This document shows, one piece after another, positions 1 to 13,341 of a stretch of 64,000 nt of DNA. The stretch is from assembly GCA_973895155.1 (NCBI GenBank), contig OZ316899.1, positions 11,337,675-11,401,674 of the forward strand, read 5' to 3'. Source of the DNA: Marsupella aquatica (taxonomy: Eukaryota > Plantae > Marchantiophyta). Made by a program: the position numbers and the translations under genes. The notes below the pieces were generated by a model. It had not been told where the DNA came from. It was given only the letters and a program-made list of their open reading frames with translations, and searched no databases. The first letter of the stretch is position 1, and the number at the start of each line of letters is the position of its first letter.

Positions 1-196
1 TTCAGAAAATGGAAACCTCGACCTGGAAAGATTGAAAACACAATTTGGACTGCACGGTGCTACGGGGAAATCATCTCTTCGGCGCCACGCCGCACATATT
101 CCTGGTATCTCCTCTTGCTCTATTTACTCCGCGGGCTCTTTCTCAAAGATATTGGCACTAGTACAAACGGAAAATCCTCAAATCGGAGGAAAGGAT

Positions 197-565
197 TCAG
201 ATTGTGTCCATACAAGCACCAGCGGCTCGACGGGGCTCGCTTTTACGCCTGCTGCCTTCCCGTCTACCAACTTTCACCTTTAGCACTTCCTCTTCGCTGA
301 GTCCTCCTTTATTGGCTGGCCCCAGTTCAGCCTGTTGTACTAATATTTTGAGCCTCTTTCGTTTCTTCCCGGTTTCCAGGCTGTCTAGGCCTTCTGGTTT
401 CGCCTCTTCCGCCTTATTCTCCTCTGCAGGCAGTTCTTCTTTCACGACTTTGCGAGGCCTGCCTCTCTTTCTTTGCACCGGCACATGATTGGACTCGCTG
501 CTCTCAACGGCATCTTTGCAAGCTACTATGGGAGGCTTTTTTGTGATAACCTTAGCCCGCCCCAT
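197..565 (-). CDS. Small basic nuclear protein with AT-hook-like motif (conserved uncharacterised land-plant family); likely the only host gene in the window
   Basis: Intact 122-aa ORF from ATG at 565 (MGRAK...). It has RKRGRPRK, GKKRKR and a C-terminal GSRRKSEPRRAA, resembling the plant MGRG...RRGRP...GSRRKxxPRRAA small proteins. Confidence 0.65.
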   Translation of the reverse strand: MGRAKVITKKPPIVACKDAVESSESNHVPVQRKRGRPRKVVKEELPAEENKAEEAKPEGLDSLETGKKRKRLKILVQQAELGPANKGGLSEEEVLKVKVGRREGSRRKSEPRRAAGACMDTI

Positions 566-1991
566 CTGCTGAGTGCACAAGTGGGACCTCCAGAGACACC
601 GTCTAAAAGTTTCAATGGCTTTGTTCACTGCCTTTCGTGATGGAGGAGAGAAGTCAAAATTTCAGAGAAATCGATAGGGCTGGACTCGATGTTCAGCTGA
701 AATTCGGCTGGAAAACCACGAAAGAAAAGCCAAGAAATCCAGAACAAGGGCCAAGACTCAGAGCCCAAAACAAAGATTTCAATTCTACTGCAGGGTCACT
801 CTGGACTCTGGGAATCTCGCCGAAACTTACACTCCCTTCCGTCGGAAATGTCAGACAGTGAGAGACGCAATAATGTAGGCTACCTGAAACCAATCAACTG
901 GATCTCTGACTGTAAATTTGAGAAGTATAGTCATACGTTCTCATCAACGGGCTGAACCCAGTACCCATGCCTCGCCATCCCATCAATAAAGTACGTAGTA
1001 ACAGTCGACAACAAAGCCCGAAAGATTCGCGTGGCGTACAACCTGGGGTGGGTGGGATGAGAGTACGACGAAAGAGATCGTAGAGAAAGTTGTAAATTTG
1101 ATCTTCCCTTTTAAGATCTTAGCCTGAGACGGACGGAGACAGAGCCAGGGTGCATGCTTCGGTGCAAACCCTAGCACCCCCACGAAATACCACGAGTAGT
1201 CAGCCAACCAATGTCCACGGTGCGCTACTGGGGTAAATCTTTCAAGTACATTCGCAGTAGTACCCCAGCAAGTAAATTGACTAGCTCCTTCTACCCCTTC
1301 TTTGAAAGTCAATATAGATGAGGACAAAAAAGTGCTTGAGACAAAATAGATTTGAGAAAGTAATAAGGATAGTGTATCAAAAGACAAAGGGAAACCCCAC
1401 TTGAGAAATTTTTTCATCAAGACTCAAAACTTGATGGTAAAATGGTTCAAGTGTGAGAAAACCCTAAATTTTATTCAAATGGTGAAAATTTGAACATAAG
1501 GTATGTTAGATGGCTTGTAGATGTCAACATGACATACAACAATAATGTCATATGACAGCCACCATGAAATAGTCCATTGTAGACTACACATCTGCTTGAA
1601 TATCTAGAAGTGCACCATTTGATTGGAGAGTGGAACCAACCAAGCAACCAAAACTACAACTGCAAAAACACCCAAAAGAAGAAGCCAAAAGAACGATCAT
1701 AAGAGGAAATCAATTGCAATGGATCTAATGCATCTAGAATGATGGAATATAAAGAGAGTGGAGTAAGCAATATAACCCTCTTCAAAAAGATCCCAGGCAA
1801 GTGCCAAGAAGATCCAATCATGACATCAAAAGAGGGTCAAGTTAGTATTGAATTAAATTGAATGTGGAAGGAATATTTACCTGTCAATTGATTATCGAAG
1901 CTCGGAGTAGAGAAGCTGTTCTATCAATGCATTGGCTCGTGCTAGTGTAACCAAGAGCTCAATGGATACACACCCTCCCATGATCATGCAG

Positions 1992-4900
1992 TCATCTTAA
2001 AATCTCACGGTATACAACATTCCTTGTGTAAAGGTCATCCTTATTGGGATATGCATTCCGTGCTATCATAATGTGAATACCAGTCCGAGCACCAACCCTA
2101 GACAATGCCACATATAATTGACCATGCAAGAAAACTGGGTTTGGTAGAAATATCTCAATCTTTGCCAAGGTTTGACCTTGAGACTTATTGATGGTCATAC
2201 CAAAGGCAGCACGGATAGGAAACTGAAATCGACAAAGATCAAATGGTAACCCTGATTCGGATGCAATAAGAGGAATGCATGGAATGAAAAACACAATCTT
2301 TGATATTCTTCCCTGTGATGATCTGTGCATCTATGACATGACGCCCAAAACCACAAACTATCAAGCGAGTGCCATTAGCTTGTTCTCTTGACCCATCCAT
2401 GTTTTTCAAAAGCATGATGGGCGCACCAATCTTCAAAATCAACTTATGTGGAGGTAAACTGGATGACAACAATGTATTGAGGAATTTTGTGTGGATACAT
2501 GAAGGCAGTGCTTCATTGGGGATTGAATCTGCACTCAAAAACTCGTGTTCTTGCAAAACACCATGGATAAAAATTAGAAAGTTACTAACTTTCATTAAGA
2601 AAATTTTCCTTCAAGGACAAAATTGAAAGTTCTTCATGTTGCTAGTGGTAAGAGATTTACCTCTCCAAGAAAGCCACGCAACACTTCCTCATTGACCTTG
2701 TCCACATCTTTGTTTGTGGTGGTCAAAATAGCTCTATCTTTTAAAAAGTTAGCATTGTTGAAGTTCATTGGATCTGAGCCATAGATCTCAACAATTAGGT
2801 CACTAAGATGGTCAGTTGGCATTATCAGGTCCTCGGGGGTTTCACTCCCACAAAAATGGCATACACGTGCAATGAAGGATATGGTCATTTTATTGGTTCT
2901 AAGGGCAGACTTAAGAATTTTTGTAGAAGAACAATATGGTCCTTTAAATTCAATTTTGAGACTTATAAGAATATTAGAGTCTTTTTAATCCAATTTTTTG
3001 AATATTCCAAGAATATTCCAACTTTATAGGGGTTAAAAATAAGTTTTTTCTTACATTTTAGGGGGTCCAAGGCCTAAAAACATCGCAGGTGATGGAGAGG
3101 TCCCCATATAGTGAGACCCCCGAGATCAGGTCATGTGGCAAACGAATGACATCATCACCCAAATCAGACTCAGTTGACAAAGTTTCCTCTCCAATTGCTA
3201 GTAATCAATCGCTAAAGCCTTGTTTCTCAAGCGCATCTTCCCCTGCATATACAAAAATCAATAAAGGTTGTCAGTTTTTTTTAAAGCAAATATTAAAGAA
3301 GTATATTTACTTATTTCAACATGGAAAAGTGAATACTAAGATAAATTAACATTTCATAAACTAAATCGTGAAAATGATACTCTATAAATATCTTAACACA
3401 CCAAGTATAAAATATACATGTAAAACAATTCTTGATAATATAACAATTCTAGTGTTTTATTCTCATATTCTTACTTAGCCTCATCACTTTTATCTTTGAC
3501 CATATAAAAGATCTTTTGAAGGTGGCTCGAATGATGGCCGCTTGATCTCCATGTTGAACTACATGAAGCACTTGGCAAAAATCACCATTAAAGACCATCA
3601 AATTTCCTCCAAACGGCAAGTTGCATATCTTGAAGTGTTCGACTAATAGTCTCAAAGACATGTCTATGAGTCATGGGTGATTCATCCCATATGATCAATA
3701 ATGCACCTCACTCTCCATTACTATGCTGCACACCATCATCACAAAAAAATAACATTTGTACTATAACATTTGTACTATAGTATGAGATTTTGAGCTATAG
3801 TATGACATTTGTACCAATAGCTCAAAATCTCATAAATTAGTATTTTTTATGAACTCAATCTCACTATCAACACAATTTTAACTTTTTACTTGCAAGTAGA
3901 GCTTTTGTGAACAATGAGTGGAATCTTGAATCATAAATGTGCCATGCGACCTCCCTGTAATAGTAAGGCTGCAATCCCCGATGATGCCATGGCAAGAGCA
4001 ATGTGCCCCTCACATCTGACCCTTGCTAGTAGAAGATTATACAAAAATGTCTTTCCAGTTCCATCTAGTCCATCAATAAAGAATAGATGCTCCTAGATAA
4101 ATCAAAAAATCTTGAGTTAGACATGGAAATCATTCATAGTGTCAAATAAAGCATCTCATAATCATGTTGCAAAGCTATATGAAAGGTAATGTATATACTT
4201 ACCCAAGGAGATTCATCTTGCAATATGGTCTCACAAACATCATTCACTTGTTGCCAAATTAAATTTTGTTTATTATTTAGTTTTTCTTCTCACTCCAATG
4301 CACATGCACGTAGTGCAACATGATCTTATGAGAGTTTCTCTAACTCCAAATGAGAATGAGTCTCTTCATTGCAAATAAAATTTGCTTAATACATGTCAAA
4401 AAATTGAGATAATCTTTTGTTGTGATCTTGTAAATAATGATAAATTTTCAATAATGCATTATCGATAACAACATGTTGAGAAAGATCAGACATTCCAAAT
4501 TCCTACAAATACAATGTGGTTGACCAATATTAGTTTGCAAGACAAATGTAGCACATTAAATCATTTCATTAGAAGTTATGTAAAAAAATGAGTAAAAAAA
4601 TGGATTTGAGTAGAAAAGAATATTTGGCGTCTCAAATACAATAGATCCTCTATCATGGATGTTACAAATTGATCCCATAACTCTGTAGGGCGTGTAGGTG
4701 TGTTGTAGAGAAGAATGATGACAAAAAGTTGATGGACTTTACATCCAGTCTGAATCTCTAAACATTCACTCAAACAATCAATAACCTCTAAATCATCTTC
4801 CAAGAGTCCCAACTTAATTGGTGTCTCTTTAAAAGTGGGCATGACTATGCCAATAATTGTTTTCAAACTATCAAACTATCATATCCAATAGCTAATATGA

Positions 4901-5340
4901 TGAAGAAGTAACTGCATCCAATGACTTTCTCCTTCATCTGCACAATAAAAAATTATTAAAATGAATATTTTGAATATAATAATAATGAATTCAATTATTT
5001 GAGTGCAATTAAGTCAAGATAAAAATAATACTTGGATGAGTCAAATATAAACAACCAATGGGATATCCGAAGTCTCTAATCTTTTTCTTACATATGATCC
5101 ATTTTATTGGTTCTTGTTCCAACTAAATGAAGCGAAAACTCATGGTATTTATATTGTCATGCCCTAGGATTACTAACATTCATTGCAAACCATTCTGTCA
5201 ATGTGGTTGCCATCCTCCATTGCAAAATCTCCTTGGTCGTTACGTTCTCACTAAAAACAACACTTTGTTCATTCTCAAGATGAACAGTTAATCGAACTGT
5301 AGTATCATAACAGGGACATGAATCAACATTTAAGGTCCAA
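1992..5340 (-). pseudogene. Helitron RepHel, PIF1-type helicase half; degenerate and intron-containing
   Basis: PIF1 motifs in order: QFPIRAAFGMTINKSQGQTL, FLHGQLYVALSRV, LPPHKLILKIGAPIMLL, RAILTTTNKDVD, PFGG..VFNGDFCQVL, Walker A-like GTGKTFLY near 4045-4070, and RLTVHLENEQ. Coding blocks are separated by AT-rich gaps; many stops. Confidence 0.9.
2832..3124. mobile_element. 293-bp MITE / non-autonomous TIR element inserted in the Helitron helicase exon
   Basis: TIR CTCGGGGGTTTCACT (2832-2846) vs AGTGAGACCCCCGAG (3110-3124), 14/15 match. 8-bp TSD ATCAGGTC (2824-2831, 3125-3132). Removal restores IRLPHDLIMPTDHL. Confidence 0.85.
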
Positions 5341-5696
5341 AACTCGGTATTCGTTCCCATGGAAGAACATGTAAGGAATAATTTATAATTAGTGAACACT
5401 TATGAATGACTTAAGTAACAAAAACACAAGTTTGAGCCTTTTACTATGGTTGCTCATCAAGGCATGGTTTTGAATGTTTGCTTAACATTGTAAATACAAA
5501 TAACAAATGGAAACAATTAACAAAAGACAAGGAATCTTGAGGTATGATGAGGGAGTTAGGAAACAACCAAGGTTACTCCTCAACATAACTTCATTTGATG
5601 TGATTTAGGTGGTATATCCATAAGAACATTTCTGGAAATGATTATTGTACTAGAATGATCACTAAAATGTTGTCAACATGTCTCAACTTTTCCTTC

Positions 5697-8021
5697 AATC
5701 GCGGAACTTGACTACCTTAACACTTAGCCCCAGCGTTGCTAACTCCGACGCCGAGCTCCCTTATGGTCCAGACCCAAACAAGCCATTTGGGGAGGACTTA
5801 GCATGGGGAGACTTGTGAGCAATGGGGCGTGGCACTGGCGAAGGCAAGGCGCTAAGCTAGTGACACGCACTAAGGACTTAGACTAGTTGTGGGCTCGTCG
5901 GGTCAAGGGGGAAAGGGGTCGGGCTCAAGGGGCGACCGTCCAGACCCCAGACGGACTTTGAGTTTTGAGGGCTTGAGTGAGAGCTTCTCTTGGGCCCAAG
6001 GCCAATGGAATTGAGTGGAGAACCTTGCCACCCAGCGCCCTCACCAATCCCAACACTTGCGCCTAAGTGCCCCTGGTGCCCGAACGCCTCCACGGAATAC
6101 CCTTGAGCAAGCACCCTAGTGCCCCTTGCACCGCCAGCGGCTCCTCCCATACAAAGCCGCACTTGCTCACCTACACGACCGCTACTCAACGGTCCTCACT
6201 GTCTGCACAAGCAACCAAGCACCTCGGTAAGTAACCCCTCAGGATCTAGAACTCGCCAAGTCTAGCATCCTAACTCAAGCTCAACAAACATTGGTAAATA
6301 GGTCAGCAATAGGTCCTCCCGATGTCATAAGCCAGAACCAGAACCCACGCCCACTGTCCGTCCAGGATAGCTACTTCCTTGGGCACGGCCCGGGTTCCCC
6401 CTCGTACCTATCCATCACCAACTGACCGCCCTAACCTCAGGACATGCTCATGGCCCAATTAGCATATCTTGTCCTAAAGCTTGTCCCAACACGCCGAGAC
6501 CAAACTGGTCCCGACTCTAGCAACCAACTCCCGGTTTGCCCCACTAATGGTCCAGGGGCCGGACACTCTTGGGACTCAACCTCGTTACCTACTTGGCCTT
6601 GCCTCCCCAATGCAAGCTCCCTTGGGAGACTGAACGAGGCTTGGCTACTGTTCGGCAGGATTTGGCAAGCGGACGAGTCAACACCCCCAAACCCCGAGAA
6701 CCCATAGTGCCCCCAGACCCAGCTGAGCTCAGAAGGGCGTAGCCCTCCTCAAGAGCTTTCCAATGCATCCAAGAAGTCCTCCAACAAACTTCCCATTTGG
6801 AAGATATCGCCGTTTCCGTTTGACAATTTTCTTTAGTGTCGCGACCATCACGGCTCACGACTTCGGCTCGCCCTTAACCCCCAGGGAGACACCACTCCCC
6901 TCATATATGCTTCTGGAGACCTGCCACCCCCGGACCAGCTTTGGTCCCTAAACATTTGGCCCCCAACCCCGAACCTATCGCGCCTAATGGGCGCGCCATC
7001 AACTGGCAACGCCCATAACTTTCTCGTTAGGCATCCGCAAGCGGAGTGCCTTAGCCTACTGTGATCGGGCCGACCCAATGCTCATACCTAGGCCCTCAGG
7101 TCTGATCACCTCTCGGGGCCCCCGACCGGCCCAACCCGGATCGGGCCACAACTTGCGCCCCAAGCGTCCGTTGCCCATGGCGTCAACTCCATTGGCCTTG
7201 GGCCCAAGAGGAGCTCACACTCAAGTCTTAAGAACTCAAAGTGCATCCGGGGGTCCGGACGGCCATCCTTGAGCCCGGCCCATTTCCCCTTGACCCGACC
7301 AACTATCAGCTAGTCCAAGTCCTTAGTGTGTGTCCCTAGCTTGGCTCCTGCCTTGCTAGTGCCGCGTCTCATTGCCCACAAGTCTCCCTATGCTAAGTCC
7401 TCCCCGGATGGCCTATCCGGGTCTGGACCGTAAGGGAGCTTGGCGTTGGAGTCAGCGACGCCGGAGCTAAGTGTTAAGGTAGTCAAGTTCCGCGACGAAT
7501 TGACTCCATGGGCAATGGACGCTTGGGATGCGAGTTATGGCCCAATCTGGGTTTGGCCGATCAGGGGCCCCAAGTGGCAATGAGATCTGAGTGCCTAGGC
7601 ACGAGCACTGGGTTGGTGCAATCACAACGGGCTAAGGCACTCCGCTTGCGGACGTCTAACTAGGAAGTTACGGGCGTTGCCAGTTGGGGCGCGCCCAGAC
7701 ATGCGTGTTGGGGTCCAGCTGGGGGGCCAAAATTTAGGAACCAAAGTGTTCCGGGGGTGGCAGGTCTCCAGAAGCATATATGAGGGTAGTGGTGTCTCCC
7801 TGGAGGCTAAGGGCCAGCCGAAGTTGTGAGCCGCGACGGTCGTGACACTATGGGAAAATGTCAAACGGAAATGACGATAACTTCCCAATGGGAAGTCCGT
7901 TGGAAGACTTATTGGATGCATTGGAAATCTCTCAAGGAGGGCTATGTTCTCCTAAGCTCATCTAGGTCTAGGGAAGCCATGGGGGGGCTATCTTACCCGC
8001 TTGCCAAATCCTGTCGACAGT
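5697..8021 (+). repeat. Truncated chromovirus LTR (+ orientation) interrupted by an inverted solo LTR of the same family
   Basis: Begins A(A)TCGCGGAACTTGACTACC, the LTR start. Continues at 7503 after the insertion and breaks off near 8021 at the Copia PPT. Confidence 0.85.
6014..7497 (-). mobile_element. Chromovirus solo LTR (~1.48 kb)
   Basis: Colinear with LTR 16392-17876. 5-bp TSD AATTG (6009-6013, 7498-7502). Confidence 0.9.
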
Positions 8022-11000
8022 GCGCGCTCCCCCTGAGTCTTGGAAGGTCTTTATGTGATTCGCTTATCCTATGACAGTTCAGAAAGGCTACGCATTCCAA
8101 GTAACCGGATTAGTGCCTTATGTAATACTGGAGGTAGAGATTTTGTGAAGAGGTCTGCAGCGTTCTTCAAACTCGGGATCCACCGAACGTTAATTGTATC
8201 GCCATGTTGTTCCTGTGTAAAGAATGTTTTTGGGGAAATGTGTTTTGTCTTATCACCTTTGATGAATCCTGCGGAAATTTGTTCTATGCATGGTCTGTTA
8301 TCTTTGTAGATGACAGTAGGGGAGTTGAGTTTAGGTTTACCTGTGGTTTCTTGAAAGTAATTGATTACATTGCGTAACCAGATGCACTCGCGGCTTGCCT
8401 CATAGAGTGCAATTATTTCCAAGTGATTTGAAGAAGTGGTGGTAAGTGTTTGTTTTGTGCTCCGCCACGAGATAGCTGTAAGTCCAATTAGAAAGACGTA
8501 TCCGGTCTGGGATTTGGCGTCCGTAGTGTCGGATAAGTATCCAGCGTCAGCATAGCCGGTTAGTGTGATGTCTGCTTCATTGTAGTAGAATAATCCAAGG
8601 TCAATGGTGCCATTGAGGTAACGGAATATACGTTTAATCCCGTTCCAGTGTCGGATCGTGGGTTGTGAGCTATACTTGGCTAGCAGGTTGACTACAAAAC
8701 CAATGTCAGGTCAAGTCTATGAAGACAAGAATAAAAGTGCGCCAATGGCCGATAAGTATGGCTTCTCGGAGCCAAGCAGTGGCTCCTCTTCATTTCTTTT
8801 CCGGAAAATGTCTTTATCTCTGTCGAGAGAACGTGTGTCCATTGGTGACTTGATTGCCTTTTTGTTATGCATATTGAATTTCTTTAGCATCCTGCGTGTG
8901 TATGTAGATTGGTGGAGTAGTACTCCGTGTGGTAGGTATTCGAATTGCAATCTGAGGCAGAATGTAGTTCTGCCTAAATCTCTGATCTCAAACACCTTGT
9001 TCAGTTGTTTGATTGTGTCTTGCAAGATCCTTGGTGTTCCGAATAAATTCAAGTATATTGCGACTATGATGATCTCTTGTCTTTCTTGTTTGATGAATAA
9101 GCATGGGGAAAGGTCTGAAGTTTTGAAACCCATTGCCATCATCTATGTCTTAAAATGTCTGTACCAGGTATGCCCACTCTGTTTGAGTCCACACATGGAT
9201 CTGAGGACTTGGACAGCAAATCAGTTCCGAGCAGTAAGTGTTTTCGGATCTGTTCCCTGTTTAGCAGGGGCCTTCCAAGCGATTGCTTTGGCGGTAGTGT
9301 GTAGCACTTTCTTGTTTGTGTGGCCAAAAGGGCCTTCATTCTTGGTGGGAGCGTTTTGTAGTCTGTGCTCCCCCTGAATATGGTAATGAACTCTGGTTAG
9401 TAATTCAGGAGGGGCTTCCATGTAAATAATGGTGTCAAGATGTCCATATAGATAAGCAGTGACTATGTCAAGTTGATGCATTGTCAGTTTATGATGTATT
9501 GCAAATGCTATCAAGTATCTATATGTGATCACGTCCATGACAGGTGAGTAGGTGAGGTCGTAATCTGAATCGGGTATCTGGGTAAATCCTTTGGCCACTA
9601 GGCGTGCCTTGTATCTGACTATTTTGCCTTCTGCATTCCTCTTTTTGACGAATGTCCATTTGTATCCGGTGAGGTGAGTATCAGGAGTTACTGGCGTTAT
9701 TGGTCCAAATACTTGTCGGGAAATCAAGGAGTCCAGTTCTGAATTGACTGCCTTCTGCTAGTCTTGCCAATCAGGTTGTTTTCTCGCTTCTGTTATGGTT
9801 AAGGGATCAGGTGAGTCCTCCATCATTGTTGTTGATATTTGGAATGCGAATGTGTTGTCTAGTATTGTGGTGGGTCTATAGTGGATTTTGCCTGTGTAAT
9901 TGTAGTTAATGGCTATTTCTTCGTTCTCTGTTGGGGTGGTTAGTTGGGCCCTCCTCTGGTGAGGGTGTTTATCCACAGCTCCAGGAGGTCTTCCTCTTTT
10001 CTTGCGTGGTTCAATGCTTGTGGCTGGCTGGTGGTCCATATTTATTCTAGATGGTGCGTTGGTAGCTGGGTTATGGGATCTGGTCACTTTGGCAACATCC
10101 GCAAATGCATCGGGTAATTCTTCCATTACTCAAGTGAGGTGTAGTATTCGTTGTACCTCTGTATCTGTTTGGGAAGTTCTGGGGTCATTCCAGAATTGGG
10201 AGTTGATTTGCCAGGCTAGTAGTTTAGTTGCAGGTTCTGATGTTTTTGTGTGGTGTTTAAGGCTGGGAATACTGTCTCATAGAAGTGGCAATCAGCAAAT
10301 CTAGCTTTATATACGTCAGCAGTTGTAGGTTCTAGGTATCTGATAATGGATGTGGAGTCGAAACCTATGTAGATCCCCTTCTGTCTCTGGGGTCCCATTT
10401 TAGTCCTCTTGGGTCCCATTATGGGAACCAAGGCCTGGCAACCAAATGTTCGAAGGTGTGCCAGGTTGGGTGAGATGCCAAATGCAAGGTGGTATGGGGA
10501 GCTTGTGTTAAAAGCAAATGGCATGTATCTGAGGAGTGCAGCAGCGTGTAGGATGGCGTGGCCCCAGGCAGAAGGTGGGACACTGGTTTGCATAAGGAGT
10601 GGTCGAGCTATTGTCTGTAGATGTTTAATGAGGGATTCTGCAATCCCATTTTGGAAATGAACGTAGGCTACAGGGTATTCAACTTCAATCCCAGATGCAA
10701 TGCAGAAGTCGTCGAATGTCTCCGATGTGAATTCTCCCGCATTGTCTACTCTTAATGTTTTGATGGGGTGGTCGGGAAATTGTGCTTTTAGGCGCAGGAT
10801 GTGGGCTAAGAGTCGGGAGAAGACTAAGTTGCGTGTTGATAGGAGGGAGACCTAGGACCATTTTGATGAGGCGTCAATGGTAGCTAAGAAGAATCTGAAG
10901 GGTCCGCTTGGGGGATCGACAGGGCTGCATAATCCGCATGTATTCGCTCAAGGAATTTGGGGATATTTTTGTCTGTTGTGGATGGGGAAGGTCTCATTGT

Positions 11001-13037
11001 GAGTTTTCCCTGTGAGCATGCAAGGCAAGGAGATTGCATGGAGGTTGGGTGTACTGAGGTGGGTATTCCCTGTGTGTCTTTGAGGATCTTATGGAACATC
11101 TGTGTGTCTGGGTGTCCTAGGTGACGATGCCATGTTTCGGTTATAGTCTGTGTGGGGGTCTCAGTGAAAAAGGTGTGGATTCTAATGGCGTAGAATCCCA
11201 ATGGAAAAGCTATCAGGGTCTCTTTTATTTCTATGCCATTCTTGGTCTTTACCACGATGTGTAATACTTCTTGGGATTCGTGGATGCTGGTGTGGATGTG
11301 CAGGCCGTTCTCCCGGATGTCCTTGAAACTCAAGAGCTTACGTGTAGCCTTCGGGGCATATATTGCGGATTTGATGTGTATAACCGTGCCCTTGGGCAGG
11401 ACCAGGTTGGCTGGGCCATTGCCCTCTTCTAGCTGGTGGTTGCCCATAATTGTGGTAACCCTCCGTTGGGAAGGTACGATCTGGGTAAATAACTTTGGTC
11501 CTTAATATTGAGTGTGAGGTCCCGCTGTCTAGTATGCAGCAATGAGGGTCATCCAGGGCTTTAGACATTTCTGACTGGAAAGCGAGGTGCAGTTTGGGTA
11601 AGATCTATGGAGTTTCTAGGAATGCTCCATGTGTCTCGTATTCATCATTATGTAAGTTCTTCTGGTATAGTGCGACGAGGTGTGCTGGGGTCCGGCAAGT
11701 TTTCCTAATGTGACCTTTAGTCCCGCACCTATGGCAAATTGGGGGGTTGTCAGACTTATCTGTATGGGCATTCTACAGTTGTTGATTGTCGTTGTTCCTT
11801 GGCCAGTTGTTGCGGAAGTTTCCTGGTTGCGCTCTGCCCCAACCCCTTCCTCCACGGTAATTGCTCCTTCCGCCCCGCTGGAAATTGTTGCCCGTCCATG
11901 GAAGTTATTCCTTCCGTGATAGGTGCCAGAGCCTCGTCTCCACGTATTGAAGTGTGTTTTGGGATTGGTCTGTGGGGGTAGGGTCCCAAGGGGTCGCTGC
12001 TTGGTATTCTGTAATAGCAGGATTTGATACTTCTCTGCTAGCAACATGTGGGCGATCAGTTTGGAGTATGTCATGAATCTCATGTTGCGGTATTGTGTGG
12101 ATAGTACTAAATTGGTTGAGTGGAATGTTGACAGGGTCTTTTCAATTTGTTCCTCTTCATCGACCGGGTGGCCACAAATTGCCAATTGTGATACAATTTG
12201 GAAAAGTTTGCTATTATACTCACCGATCATCTTGTGGTCCTGTACGCGGAGATTAATCCAGTCATGCCTCGCTGTCGGGAGGAAGATCGTGCGCGTATGG
12301 TTGAATCTTGCATGGAGCTCGTCCCATAGAACTCGGGGGTTGTAGGCATTCATATATTGGCATTTTAGAGAGTCGGCAAGGTGGTGTCAAATCAGGATCA
12401 GGGCCTTCGCCTTCTCTTGTAGAGTGGGGCCATTGTCTGTTAGGATTGTGTCTTCTAGGTTCTTTGATGTGAGATGCGCCTCGACATCTAGTGTCCATGA
12501 TAAAAAAATTGATCCATCAATACATAATGCTTGGAAATACAGCTTCTCAATCGCATTTGTTGTCATTGTATTCAGTGATGAGTGTAGTTTCGGAGGATGA
12601 TTGTGTAGATCCGTCTCTGCTCAACGATATGTTGTGATGTGTAACATTCGGCAGATGAATCTGCCTCAGATTGTAATAATTGGAATTTGTTGAATTGTTG
12701 TCGAGAATGTATGTTGATCATCTACGATCATCTTCCTTTCATCAAATCGTGAGTGGATAGGAGGAGAATCAGAAAAAAAACTTTGGTCTGGAATTTTGGT
12801 CTTCAAATTGAAATCAAAATTGGAATTGGGATCGGTTTGCACTGGTGGGTTGGGGAAGAAAAATCTCAGGAGCACACTCGTGTTGATAACGTGTTAAACA
12901 TCACAATAACACCAACTGTTTTACTCATCCAATTCCTTCATATACATAGTTGGTTGTCTAGGTGGTTGGTTGTATAACCGTCATGGGTTAGGGGTTTAGT
13001 CCTAACCTTAGGTACACTTGTTCTAGGGGTTGCAACA
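8022..13037 (-). mobile_element. Ty1/Copia retrotransposon, Bianca-type (copy 1); 3' LTR missing, degenerate gag-pol
   Basis: Gag with knuckle CHRCGTKGHIRKTC; protease ILDSGTSHSIL; GAG-pre-integrase WHRHLGHP; integrase DNAGEF; RT YKARLVAKGFTQ, with the VDD of YVDD deleted near 9053; RNase H KHISPK..ADLFTKSL. PPT CAGGGGGAG at 8027-8035. Bianca-type PBS CGTTATCAACACG next to the LTR. Confidence 0.9.
12892..13037 (-). repeat. 5' LTR (146 bp, TGTT...AACA) of Bianca copy 1, PBS at ~12878-12891
   Basis: TGTT/AACA ends, directly followed on the - strand by CGTTATCAACACGAG. No second LTR is available for confirmation. Confidence 0.7.
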
Positions 13038-13049
13038 AAAATGAAATAA

Positions 13050-13225
13050 ATACCGTGCATCTCAATATTTTGAGACCTCATCTATTTATGCCTCCATCTC
13101 AATTGTGCCACCAACTTGTGACAATCGGACCAAAATTGCGTCGGATCCCTTGTACACATATTTATAAATATACTTCACAGCAACAATGCCATTTGTAACT
13201 TCAAGATTTATGAGAATTTTGTCAT
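13050..13225 (-). pseudogene. Helitron RepHel fragment (Rep-helicase linker), upstream part of the same Helitron
   Basis: INLEVTNGIVAVKYIYKYVYKGSD...DEVSKY*DAR followed by a GT donor. In Helitrons this precedes the RLxVHL block seen at ~5290. Confidence 0.75.
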
Positions 13226-13341
13226 TGAGGAGGACATGTAGGAATGTTTTTTTCTTAGAGGGATAGTTGGCAGTCATCAATTTTTGTGGAGCCGCCTGTG
13301 AGGGTGCCAGATGATAAGTTTTGGTCTCCAGACTAAGCAAA

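Noticed and set aside
983-1420. 145-aa ORF upstream of the host gene
   Set aside because: No recognisable motif; probably promoter or intergenic sequence.
1140-1950. Helitron 3' terminus (hairpin + CTAG)
   Set aside because: CTAG sites at ~1171, ~1281 and ~1942 lack a convincingly placed hairpin, so the Helitron ends are not called.
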